Shown here: in pieces, positions 8,484 to 18,132 of the stretch
Layout of the letters: the number at the start of each line of letters is the position of its first letter
How positions within the stretch are numbered: position 1 is the first letter of the stretch
NCBI GenBank assembly: GCA_964645585.1
Contig: CAZYAN010000010.1
Location: 3,677 to 67,676, forward strand
Length of the DNA: 64,000 bases
Direction: 5' to 3'
Source: an uncultured Opitutales bacterium
Lineage (GTDB): Bacteria; Verrucomicrobiota; Verrucomicrobiia; Opitutales; T3Sed10-336
Translations under genes and position numbers: made by a program
Notes under the pieces: model-generated
Seen by the model: only the letters and a program-made list of their open reading frames with translations
Databases searched by the model: none
What the model was told of the DNA's origin: nothing

Positions 8484-11152
8484 ACACCACCACAGTTCGC
8501 ACCTCCGAATCGAATGGAGGGGACCCGCGAACGGTGGCCGAAGGCTACGGGCGAATCATCGGCGTTGCGGTCGACTCGGTAAACGAGACGGTCTACTGGA
8601 CAGATGCCGGCGACATTTTTCGCTCTGATCTTAGCGGTGCAAATGCGGCAAGGATCTATGACGGCGACGGTTCGACCCAGGCGATTGCGGTAGATCCGGT
8701 TCGCGGAAAAATCTATTGGACCGAATGGGCGACGGGGCTTTACAGCGCCGACCTCGACGGGCAGGGAGTCACCCCTTTGCTCGATTTGGACGACTATGGC
8801 CAGGCAACTGGCTCGGGCGCGGTCACAATCGATCCAGTCACCGGGCGAGTGTACTGGGCAGAAGTCATCGCCGGCACCGTGGTCCGCCTGGACGCGAACG
8901 GCGGCGGCGCCGCAACCGTAGCAACTCTTGGTGCCAACACCTACGGGCTCGCCGTCGATGGAGAGAGCGGCCGCCTCTATTATACTGTCTTTGGGGCGGA
9001 GGGATCGTTGAATTACTACGACCTCGTGTCCGGCGAAACTACCGAAGTTCTGTCCGGTCTCAAAGAACCGCTTGGCGTCGCGTTGACAGCAGCAAACAAC
9101 GGCATTTTCTGGGCCGAACGCACGGGTGGAAAAATCAGCCGGGCATTTCTCAATGAAAACGGAGAAATTGAAGGGTCCATCAACACGATCCGGATCGGGG
9201 AAATCAGCCCATTCGGTCTCGCCGTCACCTCGGACGCAACCGGCCCGGTTCCCCCGCCAGCAAAGCGTCGTCTCTTTGTGTATGACGGCTTTGAATACAA
9301 CGCACGCGATCTGGTCGGACAAGACGGCGGCCTCGGCTGGGCCGGGCCTTGGGTCGAATCGCAAGAGGTCAACGGACCCTATCCTTTCGCGCTGGCCGCA
9401 TCACCGGGTCTGACTTTCGGCGATCTGCAAGCAGCCGGCGGCAAAGCTGAAATCAGCAACGGTCGACGCGCTTTCCGCACAATCGACACCGCCGGAATCA
9501 ACCCCGAACAACTTGACACCAACGGCAATCTCGGTGTCCCGGGGACCAGCGTCTGGGCCAGCTTCGTCGTGGAAGGCCTGACTGCCTCGCCCACCGACGG
9601 GTTCTGGGGCATCTCCTTCTTCCGCGGCGATGCCGAAACGCTCTTCTTCGGAAAGAGCGCGACGACCGATAAGCTCCGTCTTTCCGGCCAAGGTCAACCG
9701 GCGCAGGAATTCATGGATTCTCCGCTGAGCCCGACCGATAAGCACTTCATCATCCTGCGATTCGACTTTGTCGACAACGGTAATGATGTGGTCACGCTGT
9801 TCGCCGATCTCGATCCAATGGCTCGAACACCGTCCGACGACGATGCCCGCGGGACCTTCTCAGCGGCTGACTTCAGTTTCAACCGCATCCGCCTGGCCAA
9901 CAACGGCGGCCCTGGCGGGACGTTCGACGAGATTCGCATCGGCGCGACTTGGGCCGATGTGACACCGGTGCCATTCCGCGGTCTTGTGAACGGAGACTTG
10001 GAAGATGAGCCCTTCACTCGCGGCTGGAGCGTCAATGTCGGCGCTAAGGAGCATCCCGGCATCGTTCCGGGATCCGGCAAAGCGGCGTTCGTTCCGAGCG
10101 GGGGCGCGACCGAAAATCCGATCCGCCTGATCCAATTCTTCCCGCAATGGATTGAATTGACAGGCGATCCGCTGCCGGCCAATCCGTCCCCTGTCGACCC
10201 GGTCACTGGCGGGCGCACGGCCGATCACTTCATTCCTACCGGACCGCAATGGCAGCTGGGCTTTCACGCCGCTGTCGGTGCTCCCGAGAATGGTGGAGAC
10301 CGCAGCTTGAACCTTCTGCTCGGCCATGCGCCGTCCGCTGCCTACAACGTGGCGAATCTGCCGGTCATCAACTTCCGGATTACGGGCGACGGCTCTGGAC
10401 AAGTCTACAACAACTCAAACCCGGCGTTCAGCACCGGCTGGCATGTTATCCTGCCCGCCGGAACCTTCGAGGCATCCGAGCATGCCGATGACGCCTTCAT
10501 CGACCCGAGCGTTTATTACCTGCAGTTCGATGGCGACTATTCCACGGAACAGCCTTCCTACACGGTCTCGGTTCGTCGAGCCGGCGAAGACGACTTCTTC
10601 GCCGTCAGCGATGCCGCCAGCTATTGGCAATACGAAGTACCGCCGGCCGGAAGCGGGATCACCATGGTCCACTTCCACGGGTACGTCCAGGCGCCGTACG
10701 TGATCGACGATATCCATCTGGTGACGATCGGAGAACCCACTGGCTACGCGGCTTGGGCAGAAAATCACTTCAACCCGTCAGAACTCGCCGATCCATCGAT
10801 TAGCGGACCCGACGCCGATGCGGACGGAGACGGCATTCCGAATCTGATCGAATATGCATTTGGCGGCGATCCGCGTAAGGCGAGCCGGTCGATTTTGCCT
10901 GTCACCGGCCCCATTGAAGTGGAAGGCGAAACCTACCTGACGATCACCTACACGCGTTCCAGCGCGGCGACCGACATCGCCTATCGGGCAGAAGCTTCCG
11001 GCGATCTCATCGCGTGGGGCGCCGGCCCGGTGGAAGTCGGGTCCAGCGATAACGGCGACGGCACAATTTCGGTCACCTATCGCGACGCCGAACCGATCCG
11101 CACCGCCGGCAGACGTTTCCTCCGCGTGCATATTTCGAATGCCGGTCAGTAG
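8243..11152 (+). CDS. Giant secreted protein with a six-bladed YWTD beta-propeller, jelly-roll domains and the shared C-terminal tail module
   Basis: 969-aa ORF (GTG 8243; this frame is open from 8147). It has no signal peptide of its own and starts mid-domain (VRVALEFFQNEQSLYIDGVEQF). Six YWTD-type blades are visible (EVYWVN, TVYWTD, KIYWTE, RVYWAE, RLYYTV, GIFWAE; nt ~8465-9232). The C-terminus reads YAAWAENHF..DADADGDGIPNLIEYAF.. and ends RRFLRVHI. Confidence 0.8.
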   Translation: MRVALEFFQNEQSLYIDGVEQFTVDIDPLPQNMLFGNGFWVQIWSSAGQARGMDNILLQELEAPEPEPWTPVEPGEVYWVNTTTVRTSESNGGDPRTVAEGYGRIIGVAVDSVNETVYWTDAGDIFRSDLSGANAARIYDGDGSTQAIAVDPVRGKIYWTEWATGLYSADLDGQGVTPLLDLDDYGQATGSGAVTIDPVTGRVYWAEVIAGTVVRLDANGGGAATVATLGANTYGLAVDGESGRLYYTVFGAEGSLNYYDLVSGETTEVLSGLKEPLGVALTAANNGIFWAERTGGKISRAFLNENGEIEGSINTIRIGEISPFGLAVTSDATGPVPPPAKRRLFVYDGFEYNARDLVGQDGGLGWAGPWVESQEVNGPYPFALAASPGLTFGDLQAAGGKAEISNGRRAFRTIDTAGINPEQLDTNGNLGVPGTSVWASFVVEGLTASPTDGFWGISFFRGDAETLFFGKSATTDKLRLSGQGQPAQEFMDSPLSPTDKHFIILRFDFVDNGNDVVTLFADLDPMARTPSDDDARGTFSAADFSFNRIRLANNGGPGGTFDEIRIGATWADVTPVPFRGLVNGDLEDEPFTRGWSVNVGAKEHPGIVPGSGKAAFVPSGGATENPIRLIQFFPQWIELTGDPLPANPSPVDPVTGGRTADHFIPTGPQWQLGFHAAVGAPENGGDRSLNLLLGHAPSAAYNVANLPVINFRITGDGSGQVYNNSNPAFSTGWHVILPAGTFEASEHADDAFIDPSVYYLQFDGDYSTEQPSYTVSVRRAGEDDFFAVSDAASYWQYEVPPAGSGITMVHFHGYVQAPYVIDDIHLVTIGEPTGYAAWAENHFNPSELADPSISGPDADADGDGIPNLIEYAFGGDPRKASRSILPVTGPIEVEGETYLTITYTRSSAATDIAYRAEASGDLIAWGAGPVEVGSSDNGDGTISVTYRDAEPIRTAGRRFLRVHISNAGQ

Positions 11153-11197
11153 GCGCTTGCTTGTCTGGCACGTGTAACTGGCAAACGTTTAAACAGA

Positions 11198-11235
11198 GGC
11201 TCCGGGTGCTTTCGAACCCGGAGCCTTTATTTCTT
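11198..11235 (+). terminator. Rho-independent terminator after the 8243-11152 gene
   Basis: Perfect 9-bp stem GGCTCCGGG / CCCGGAGCC with a 10-nt loop, followed by TTTATTTCTT. Confidence 0.7.
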
Positions 11236-11366
11236 ATGCCGACGTCGAGTTATTCGTTCCCTCACGCTCTCACGAGCGCGGGGAAAAACGTCGAATTGAC
11301 TCGCGTTTACAGCCCTGACGAACCGAACATTCTGTATATAACGAGAGACCAATACTTCCTCCACGC

Positions 11367-13031
11367 ATGAACACACTCCTTCGCACAATCCTGTCTCTTT
11401 CCCTGGCAACCTCCGCCATCGTCGCACAGCACCTGCACGCCGAACCTGACGTCGAAAACGCGCCGGTATACGACGTCGTTGTTTATGGCGGCACGTCGGC
11501 TGGGGTCGTCGCGGCCGTGCAGTCGGCTCGACGTGGCTGTTCCGTAATCCTGATCGAGCCGAGTGCGTTTATTGGCGGACTTTCCGCGGGCGGCCTCGGG
11601 ATGACCGACTCCGGTCGCAAATCCGCGATCGGCGGGGTGTCGCGCGAGTTTTATCAGCGAATCCGGCGCTATTACGAGAATCCGGACGCATGGAAACACG
11701 AGGAGCCGAACTTGCCGCCGGGTGACGCGATGTGGAAATTCGAACCGGCCGCCGCCCGGACGGTTTTTGAGGAAATGCTCGCTGAAGAGAATGTCCCGGT
11801 GGTGCGAAATGAGCGTCTCGATCTACAAGGAATCAGTGTTCAAAAAGACGAGAACCGTATTCGTTCGATTCGGATGGAAAGTGACAGAATCTATCGCGGC
11901 CGAATCTTCATCGACGCCAGCTACGAAGGCGACCTGATGGCGAAGGCGGGCGTCAGTTACACGGTCGGACGCGAATCAAACGATACCTATGGCGAGACGC
12001 TGAACGGGGTTCAGGTCGGCCGGGCGGTGTCGCATCAGTTTGAAGCTCCGGTCGACCCGTACATTCATCCGGGCGATCCGCAAAGCGGGCTGCTGCCGGG
12101 AATCGAACCGGCACCTCCGCCGGCCGACGGGACAGGCGATCACCGGATCCAGGCTTATTGTTTCCGCATGTGTTTGACCGATGTACCGGAAAACAGGGTG
12201 CCGTTTCCAAAACCAAGCAAATACGATCCGTTGCGCTACGAGCTGTTGCTGCGATCGATTGTGAAAGGCGCCAATCAGCATATCCGGATGCGCCAGAACC
12301 ATATCCCTTTTACACTGACGCTGATGCCGAACAGGAAAACCGATTCCAATAACGCCGGGCCGGTGTCGCTCGATTATATCGGCACGAACTACGGCTACCC
12401 GGAAGGCGATTACGCCACTCGGGAAGCGATTATTGAGGACCACCGAAACTACCAGCTCGGCATGATGTGGTTTCTAACGCACGATCCGCGAGTGCCGGAA
12501 GAAGTACGCACAGCAATGGGAAATTGGGGCTTAGCGGCGGATGAATTCACCGAAACGGGGCACTGGCCGCACCAGCTTTATATTCGGGAGGCACGACGAA
12601 TGGTGAGCGATTATGTGATGACGGAGCACGATTGCGTTCGTAAACGACTCGTCGAGGACTCTGTCGGTCTCGGGTCATACACCCTTGATTCGCACAACAC
12701 CCAGCGCTACGTTTCGCCGGATGGCACGGTTCGTAACGAAGGTGATGTGCAAGTGAGTCCGCGCGGGCCTTACATGATCAGCTATCGGTCGATCGTGCCG
12801 AAAGAGGAAGAGTGCGCCAACCTGTACGTCCCGGTTTGCCTTTCGGCATCGCACATCGCCTACGGATCGATTCGGATGGAGCCCGTATTTATGATCTTGG
12901 GACATTCCGCTGCCACGGCCGCATCCATCGCCTTGGAGAAAGAAATCGCGGTCCAAGCGGTCGACTATGCACAACTTCGCGAACAGCTTCTCGCTGAGGG
13001 TCAGCACTTGGACCTTACGGCCGCGCAATAG
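11367..13031 (+). CDS. Secreted FAD-dependent oxidoreductase (PF12831-like)
   Basis: 554 aa. Signal peptide, dinucleotide-binding motif VVVYGGTSAGVVAAVQSARRG, and a size typical of this family. Confidence 0.75.
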   Translation: MNTLLRTILSLSLATSAIVAQHLHAEPDVENAPVYDVVVYGGTSAGVVAAVQSARRGCSVILIEPSAFIGGLSAGGLGMTDSGRKSAIGGVSREFYQRIRRYYENPDAWKHEEPNLPPGDAMWKFEPAAARTVFEEMLAEENVPVVRNERLDLQGISVQKDENRIRSIRMESDRIYRGRIFIDASYEGDLMAKAGVSYTVGRESNDTYGETLNGVQVGRAVSHQFEAPVDPYIHPGDPQSGLLPGIEPAPPPADGTGDHRIQAYCFRMCLTDVPENRVPFPKPSKYDPLRYELLLRSIVKGANQHIRMRQNHIPFTLTLMPNRKTDSNNAGPVSLDYIGTNYGYPEGDYATREAIIEDHRNYQLGMMWFLTHDPRVPEEVRTAMGNWGLAADEFTETGHWPHQLYIREARRMVSDYVMTEHDCVRKRLVEDSVGLGSYTLDSHNTQRYVSPDGTVRNEGDVQVSPRGPYMISYRSIVPKEEECANLYVPVCLSASHIAYGSIRMEPVFMILGHSAATAASIALEKEIAVQAVDYAQLREQLLAEGQHLDLTAAQ

Positions 13032-13148
13032 CGAATGAATCCGGCAGCCGGGCCAATCCGGCCGCCAAAACAGATTGACTCGCCGAAAGCGGGTTTTCAA
13101 AAAAGGGCGAGCGACCGTCAGCGACGCTTTCACAACATCCCTGAAACC

Positions 13149-13976
13149 ATGAAAACAATAATTCGAGTTTTGCTCTGCATCCCGCTCGCCGTGCTCCTTT
13201 TCACCGGTTGCGCGACAACCGAACCGCGAAGGGCTTCCGACGGCCTGACCGACGAAATGTACATGCGGCGGTTTTCGCATATCAACTGGGTCGAGATCGG
13301 CCGTTCCGTCGAAGGTCGTCCCATCTATAAAACCGAGTTCGGTTCCGGCGACGATGTAACACTCTTCTTTAGCTGCTTTCACGGCTCCGAGCGGGCGACT
13401 CCCCGGTTCGGATTTGAATTCGCCAACCTCCTTCATGAAAAGCAGTCCTTGCTCGCCGAGGGAAAACGGGTCGTCATCGTCCCGATCCTCAACCCGGACG
13501 GTTTTGTCAAAGGAACACGGCGCAACGCGCGCAATGTCGATCTCAACCGCAACTACCCAACCGCAAACTGGGGTCGCCAGCCGGCCGAAGGCAGCAAGGT
13601 TTACTTTGGAGAATCACCCGCCTCCGAACCGGAAACGCGAATCGTTCTGAAGCTGATGGCGGAGGTACAGCCAACAAAAATTCTCACGATCCACCAGCCG
13701 CTCTATTGCAACAACCCCGACGGTCCAAACGGCATGGGCCTCGCCCGCCTGATGGCCGAATGGAACGGGTACCCAATTGAGCCCTACATCGGCTATCCTA
13801 CCCCCGGCTCCTACGGCACCTACGCCGGCAGAGAACGCGGGATCCCCATGGTCACCCTGGAGCTGCCTCCCGGTGCGCCGGATTCTCCAGAGTTCGATGA
13901 AATGTGGGCCAGAAACGAGGGTGCCCTGCTGGCCGTCGTAAACAGTCACCTCGAAGACCTTTCAACCGGCAAATAA
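13149..13976 (+). CDS. M14 zinc carboxypeptidase-family lipoprotein (MpaA / gamma-D-Glu-DAP amidase-like)
   Basis: ATG at 13149 gives a lipobox signal MKTIIRVLLCIPLAVLLFTGC. Zn-binding H-x-x-E in FHGSERAT, and a DLNRNYP motif. The ORF-track start at 13035 looks like a non-coding upstream extension. Confidence 0.8.
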   Translation: MKTIIRVLLCIPLAVLLFTGCATTEPRRASDGLTDEMYMRRFSHINWVEIGRSVEGRPIYKTEFGSGDDVTLFFSCFHGSERATPRFGFEFANLLHEKQSLLAEGKRVVIVPILNPDGFVKGTRRNARNVDLNRNYPTANWGRQPAEGSKVYFGESPASEPETRIVLKLMAEVQPTKILTIHQPLYCNNPDGPNGMGLARLMAEWNGYPIEPYIGYPTPGSYGTYAGRERGIPMVTLELPPGAPDSPEFDEMWARNEGALLAVVNSHLEDLSTGK

Positions 13977-14189
13977 CGAAGGGCGAAGATGGCAGTTGGA
14001 GGAGTTGGGGCTTCAGTCCCATTCCGAGGCGCTAAAGCACCCACTCATCCCCCTATTGCCGGTACCACTTTGCCTATTCTTCCCGCTGCGTTCCGTCCGC
14101 CTTTTTGTTTGTTCTTTTGTATCCATTACTTAGGTTTCGGTCATGTCGTCGTCTCCCTCGGTTTTGGTCTTTCCGAGAAAGAATAAACG

Positions 14190-16466
14190 ATGGCGGCAGA
14201 TCCAAGGCGCGGACGGCGGATCAGTTTCCTGGCAAAGGTGCTGATTCCAGTCCTTGCGTTTTTGATTCTCCTTCCGCTCTTTACTCTCTGGACCGTGACG
14301 AGGCAGATGTCCCGGCAGGTTCTCGAAGATGCTCGGCAGCGCTTGGAAACAGCTGACGGGGTATTCGCTCATTCCCTCTCAATTCGTTCCCGCAACCTCC
14401 TCACCCGCTACCAAAGCGTTGTCAATGAACCTCGTTTCAAAGCGGTCGCCAGCCTCGCCGATCCACGGACGATGACGGTCCACCTCAACACCCTCCTTAC
14501 GGAGATCAGCGGCGACGCCGAAATCATGCTTTTTCACCTGAGTGACGCGGAACTGCTCGCCGGCGCCCGCCGCCCACTCAACCTCGACCTCGTGCTCTTC
14601 GCGGAAGCTGCCGCGGCAGCCGTCTCACAGGCGCTGAACGGTCAGCCATCCGTGACCACCATCGCTTTCGGCGACAGCATCTTCAATCTCATTTCCGCTC
14701 CGGTCACCATCAACGAACAGGTCGTCGGCGCTCTCACCGTCGGCGAACATCTCGGCGATAAAGTGATGCGCGAACTCAAGCTCCTCGCGCGGACGGACAT
14801 CCTCATTTTGAGCGGAAACGCGATCGTGGCCTCCACGCTGGAAGACCGGAACCTCCACCGGATCCTCCTCGACGAGTTTGCCGGAGAGAGTTCGGACGCA
14901 CAAGCCGTTCCGCGGGATCCCATGCGTCCCGTCATCCTCCGCGGGGAACATTTCCTCACATCAGCCGGCTTCATTCCGGCTGCAGTCGGCGGCAAGATCC
15001 AGTTTCTGCTCCTGTCATCCTACGAAAACCAATTGCGCGAATTTGAACAGGCACGCGCCGCGCTCCTCTGGTTCAGCGGCCTCGGCATTGCTGCGAGCGC
15101 CGGAGCCGTCTGGCTCCTGATACGCCGCGTCACCCAGCCGCTCCGAGAAATCACGGCGCACGCCGAAGCCGTCGGACAGGGGGATTTTTCCCGCCGCATC
15201 GAACGGTCCGCCAACGACGAGTGCGGCGACCTCGCCGACTCGTTCAACCGCATGACGCTGAACCTCCGCGCCTCCCGCGCCGAACTCGAGAAAACCGTCG
15301 AACGACTGCACGCGACGCAAAGTCAACTGGTGCAAAGCGAAAAACTTTCGGCGGTAGGTCAATTCGTCGCGGGCGTCACCCATGAGCTGAACAATCCGCT
15401 CACCAGCATCATCGGCTTTTCTGAGCTGCTGCAAAACTCCGACCTGAGCGAGACAAACCGCAAATACGTCGACCACCTCGCACGGAATACCGAACGCTGC
15501 CACAAGATCGTGCAAAGCCTGCTGAGTTTCTCCCGGCAGCAAGCAGCGGAACGGAAGCCGGTTAACATCAATGAGCTGATTGACGGCGTGCTCGAGATTG
15601 TCACCTACGACTTCCGCACGAACAACGTGACCGTCCTCCGAAACCTCAGTTCAAACCTTCCGCGCGTGCTCGCCGATCCCCACCAGCTCCAGCAGATTTT
15701 CCTCAATATCCTGACGAACGCCCGCCAAGCGATGGAAGCGAATCCGGACGAGCGGAAGATCGAGATCGCCACCTCGGCCGGCCCGGAAGGCGTGCATATT
15801 ATCTTTCAGGACAACGGTCCCGGCATCTCACGCGAGAGTTTGCCGCGAATTTTCGATCCGTTCTTCACAACCAAACCGATCGGCAAAGGTACCGGCCTCG
15901 GCTTGAGTCTCTCCTACGGGATCATCCAGGAACATGGAGGACGCATCTACGCGAAAAGCGAACCGGGGGCGGGAGCGGCCTTTCACATCGAACTGCCCCC
16001 CGACAGGTCCTCGCCTTCGGCTGCTGCGTCCAGTCTTTCCGCTGCCGATATGGCGACAGCGCCCATCCTCCCGGCCGCGGATGCTCATGGCAACAGCAAC
16101 GGCAACGGCCAGCAGGTTCTCGTGATCGACGACGAAGAATCCATTCTCGCCCTGATTCGCGCCATTCTTGAAGGAGATGGCTACCGAGTTGAAAGCACCA
16201 GCAACGGTGCCGCGGCGCTGCGGCAGCTCACCGAAGTCCATTACGATCTTGTCGTGTGCGACTGGAAGATGCCGGGATTAAATGGTATTGAAATCTTCAA
16301 AACCGCGGCCGAGGCAAATCCCGAAATCACCCGCCGCTTTGTTTTCATGACGGGCGATGTGATCGCTGAAAATTTCAAGGACTTTCTCAAGCAGCACTCG
16401 CTGCCCTGCCTCCCCAAGCCGTTTTCGATTCAAGAATTTCACTACATCGTCGGCGGTCTTTCTTAA
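14190..16466 (+). CDS. Hybrid sensor histidine kinase / response regulator
   Basis: 758 aa. TM-flanked sensor region, HAMP-like linker, H-box [10 protein letters not shown], ATPase boxes ([22 protein letters not shown]) and a C-terminal receiver (VLVIDDEE ... [14 protein letters not shown]). Confidence 0.9.
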   Translation: MAADPRRGRRISFLAKVLIPVLAFLILLPLFTLWTVTRQMSRQVLEDARQRLETADGVFAHSLSIRSRNLLTRYQSVVNEPRFKAVASLADPRTMTVHLNTLLTEISGDAEIMLFHLSDAELLAGARRPLNLDLVLFAEAAAAAVSQALNGQPSVTTIAFGDSIFNLISAPVTINEQVVGALTVGEHLGDKVMRELKLLARTDILILSGNAIVASTLEDRNLHRILLDEFAGESSDAQAVPRDPMRPVILRGEHFLTSAGFIPAAVGGKIQFLLLSSYENQLREFEQARAALLWFSGLGIAASAGAVWLLIRRVTQPLREITAHAEAVGQGDFSRRIERSANDECGDLADSFNRMTLNLRASRAELEKTVERLHATQSQLVQSEKLSAVGQFVAGVTHELNNPLTSIIGFSELLQNSDLSETNRKYVDHLARNTERCHKIVQSLLSFSRQQAAERKPVNINELIDGVLEIVTYDFRTNNVTVLRNLSSNLPRVLADPHQLQQIFLNILTNARQAMEANPDERKIEIATSAGPEGVHIIFQDNGPGISRESLPRIFDPFFTTKPIGKGTGLGLSLSYGIIQEHGGRIYAKSEPGAGAAFHIELPPDRSSPSAAASSLSAADMATAPILPAADAHGNSNGNGQQVLVIDDEESILALIRAILEGDGYRVESTSNGAAALRQLTEVHYDLVVCDWKMPGLNGIEIFKTAAEANPEITRRFVFMTGDVIAENFKDFLKQHSLPCLPKPFSIQEFHYIVGGLS

Positions 16467-16531
16467 ACGGATACAGCCGCTCCTTTTCTGATCCCAAGGA
16501 AGCCTCAACCTCTTTCGCTCCCAGCGGAGCC

Positions 16532-16558
16532 GGGAATAAAAAAGCCCCTCATCCGTCT
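16532..16558 (+). promoter_or_regulatory. Candidate ECF-type promoter (GGGAATAAA-N-CGTCT) upstream of the ECF sigma gene
   Basis: GGAAT (16533-16537), a 16-nt spacer, then CGTCT (16554-16558), 50 nt upstream of the ATG. This matches the canonical ECF GGAA(C/T)-N16-17-CGT(C/T) pattern. The 9-mer GGGAATAAA recurs at 18017. Confidence 0.4.
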
Positions 16559-16608
16559 TATCTTACGAGGATTCACACGCCTGCCGGAATCAGTCCGAAC
16601 GCGCTCGC

Positions 16609-17151
16609 ATGGACGAATGGGAATTTGAACAGATTGTGAACACCTGGTACGATCCGCTCTACCGGTTCGCCTTCAGCCTTGCCCGCAATGCTGACGACGC
16701 GCTCGATCTCACCCAGTCCGCGTTCGCGCGATACGCGGAGAAGGGCCGTCATATCCGAGATGGCAGCAAGGCGAAATCGTGGCTCTTCACCGTGCTGTAC
16801 CGGGAATTCATCAGCCAGAGGCGCCGCGGCTGGCGTCTGATTTTCCGGTCGCCTGAACTGCCGGAAACAGCGCACGAGGAGGCCGCATCACCGTCACCGG
16901 CACGTCAACTTGACTGCGCGGCCGCCCTCGACGCCCTCATGGAACTCGATGAAATTTACCGCGCGCCTCTCAGTTTATTTTATCTCGAAGACCTCTCCTA
17001 CCGAGAAATTGCCGAGATCCTCAACATTCCGGCGGGAACGGTGATGTCACGCCTGACTCGCGGCCGTCTCGCACTTCGCCGAGCACTCGATGACGGATCT
17101 CTCCAGCAAAACACGGAGCAGCAAGCCATCGACGAAAGGAAGCAGCCGTGA
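16609..17151 (+). CDS. ECF (sigma-70 family, group 4) RNA polymerase sigma factor
   Basis: 180 aa. Region 2 (YDPLYRFAFSLARNADDALDLTQSAF) and region 4 HTH (YREIAEILNIPAGTVMSRLTRGR). Confidence 0.9.
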   Translation: MDEWEFEQIVNTWYDPLYRFAFSLARNADDALDLTQSAFARYAEKGRHIRDGSKAKSWLFTVLYREFISQRRRGWRLIFRSPELPETAHEEAASPSPARQLDCAAALDALMELDEIYRAPLSLFYLEDLSYREIAEILNIPAGTVMSRLTRGRLALRRALDDGSLQQNTEQQAIDERKQP

Positions 17152-17939
17152 ACATCGAAGAAGCAAAGGCGATTCTCCGCGTGTGGCGTCCCGACGGGCG
17201 CGACCATGCCGACCCCGTGTTTCGAGAAGCACTCGAGCTGGCGCGCGAAACTCCCGAACTTCTCGAATGGCTGCACGAGCAACAGGAATTCGACGCCGCC
17301 ATGACCAGCAGCGTCCGGGCAATCCCGCCTCCGACTGAGGCCCGCGCCGAGATCCTCGCGCACGGCCGGATGGTCCTTCGCCATCGGCGTGCGCGCCGAC
17401 GCGTCCGGCTGTTTGCATTTGCCGCCGCCTGCCTGTTAATCGCAGCCGGATGGTGGCGCATATCCACCTTGATCGACCGCGTCCTCCCCGCCCAGCCATA
17501 CACGCTCGCCGGAGCGGCCGAACACCTTTCCGTTCACCACAAGTCGATGGAATTTTACTCCGATGACATCGCCGCCCTGCAAAGCTGGCTTCAGGAACGC
17601 CGGAATCCAGTTCCGCACGAGCTTCCCGGCAAGCTGCCCGAGCTGCGCGGATACGGGACACAGGACTGGCTCACGATGAAGGGGCGCATTTCACTGATGT
17701 GCCTCTACACCGACCGCCAGAACGGTTCAAATCAATACAATCGCCCAGGAGAATGGCTGCACTTTTTTGTCTTTCCGAAAAGTTTCGCGGGCTTGCCTGA
17801 TGCGACCGATACACCGCAAACCATCGTTGGAAACCAATGGATTTTCATCGTGTGGAAGGAAGGTGAAAATGCCTTCGCCCTCGGGCTCCCCGCGCGCGAA
17901 GGCGCTGAAGACCTGCTGCGAAGTCTTCTCGACGCATAA
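17148..17939 (+). CDS. Putative single-pass anti-sigma factor
   Basis: GTGA start/stop overlap with the sigma gene. 263 aa with one central TM helix (VRLFAFAAACLLIAAGWW). The call rests on position and topology only; I recognise no named domain. Confidence 0.5.
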   Translation: MNIEEAKAILRVWRPDGRDHADPVFREALELARETPELLEWLHEQQEFDAAMTSSVRAIPPPTEARAEILAHGRMVLRHRRARRRVRLFAFAAACLLIAAGWWRISTLIDRVLPAQPYTLAGAAEHLSVHHKSMEFYSDDIAALQSWLQERRNPVPHELPGKLPELRGYGTQDWLTMKGRISLMCLYTDRQNGSNQYNRPGEWLHFFVFPKSFAGLPDATDTPQTIVGNQWIFIVWKEGENAFALGLPAREGAEDLLRSLLDA

Positions 17940-18016
17940 GATCGAATCGCCGCTCGCGAGCCCGAAACGAAAGCGCGCCGTTCGTACACCCGGCAGCGAA
18001 ACTTTCTCCTCGTCGA

Positions 18017-18044
18017 GGGAATAAAGCTGACCGCTCGCGCGTTT
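18017..18044 (+). promoter_or_regulatory. Second candidate ECF-type promoter (GGGAATAAA-N-CGTTT) upstream of the PQQ-dehydrogenase-like gene
   Basis: GGAAT (18018-18022), a 17-nt spacer, then CGTTT (18040-18044), about 90 nt upstream of the ATG at 18133. It shares the 9-mer GGGAATAAA with the site at 16532. Confidence 0.35.
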
Positions 18045-18132
18045 CATGATTTAATCACATTGCGCGGGGCGCGCCTGATCGAAGGGTTGAGCCCGCGATT
18101 CTTTTGTAACGAAAACCCAAACCCTTTGAACG

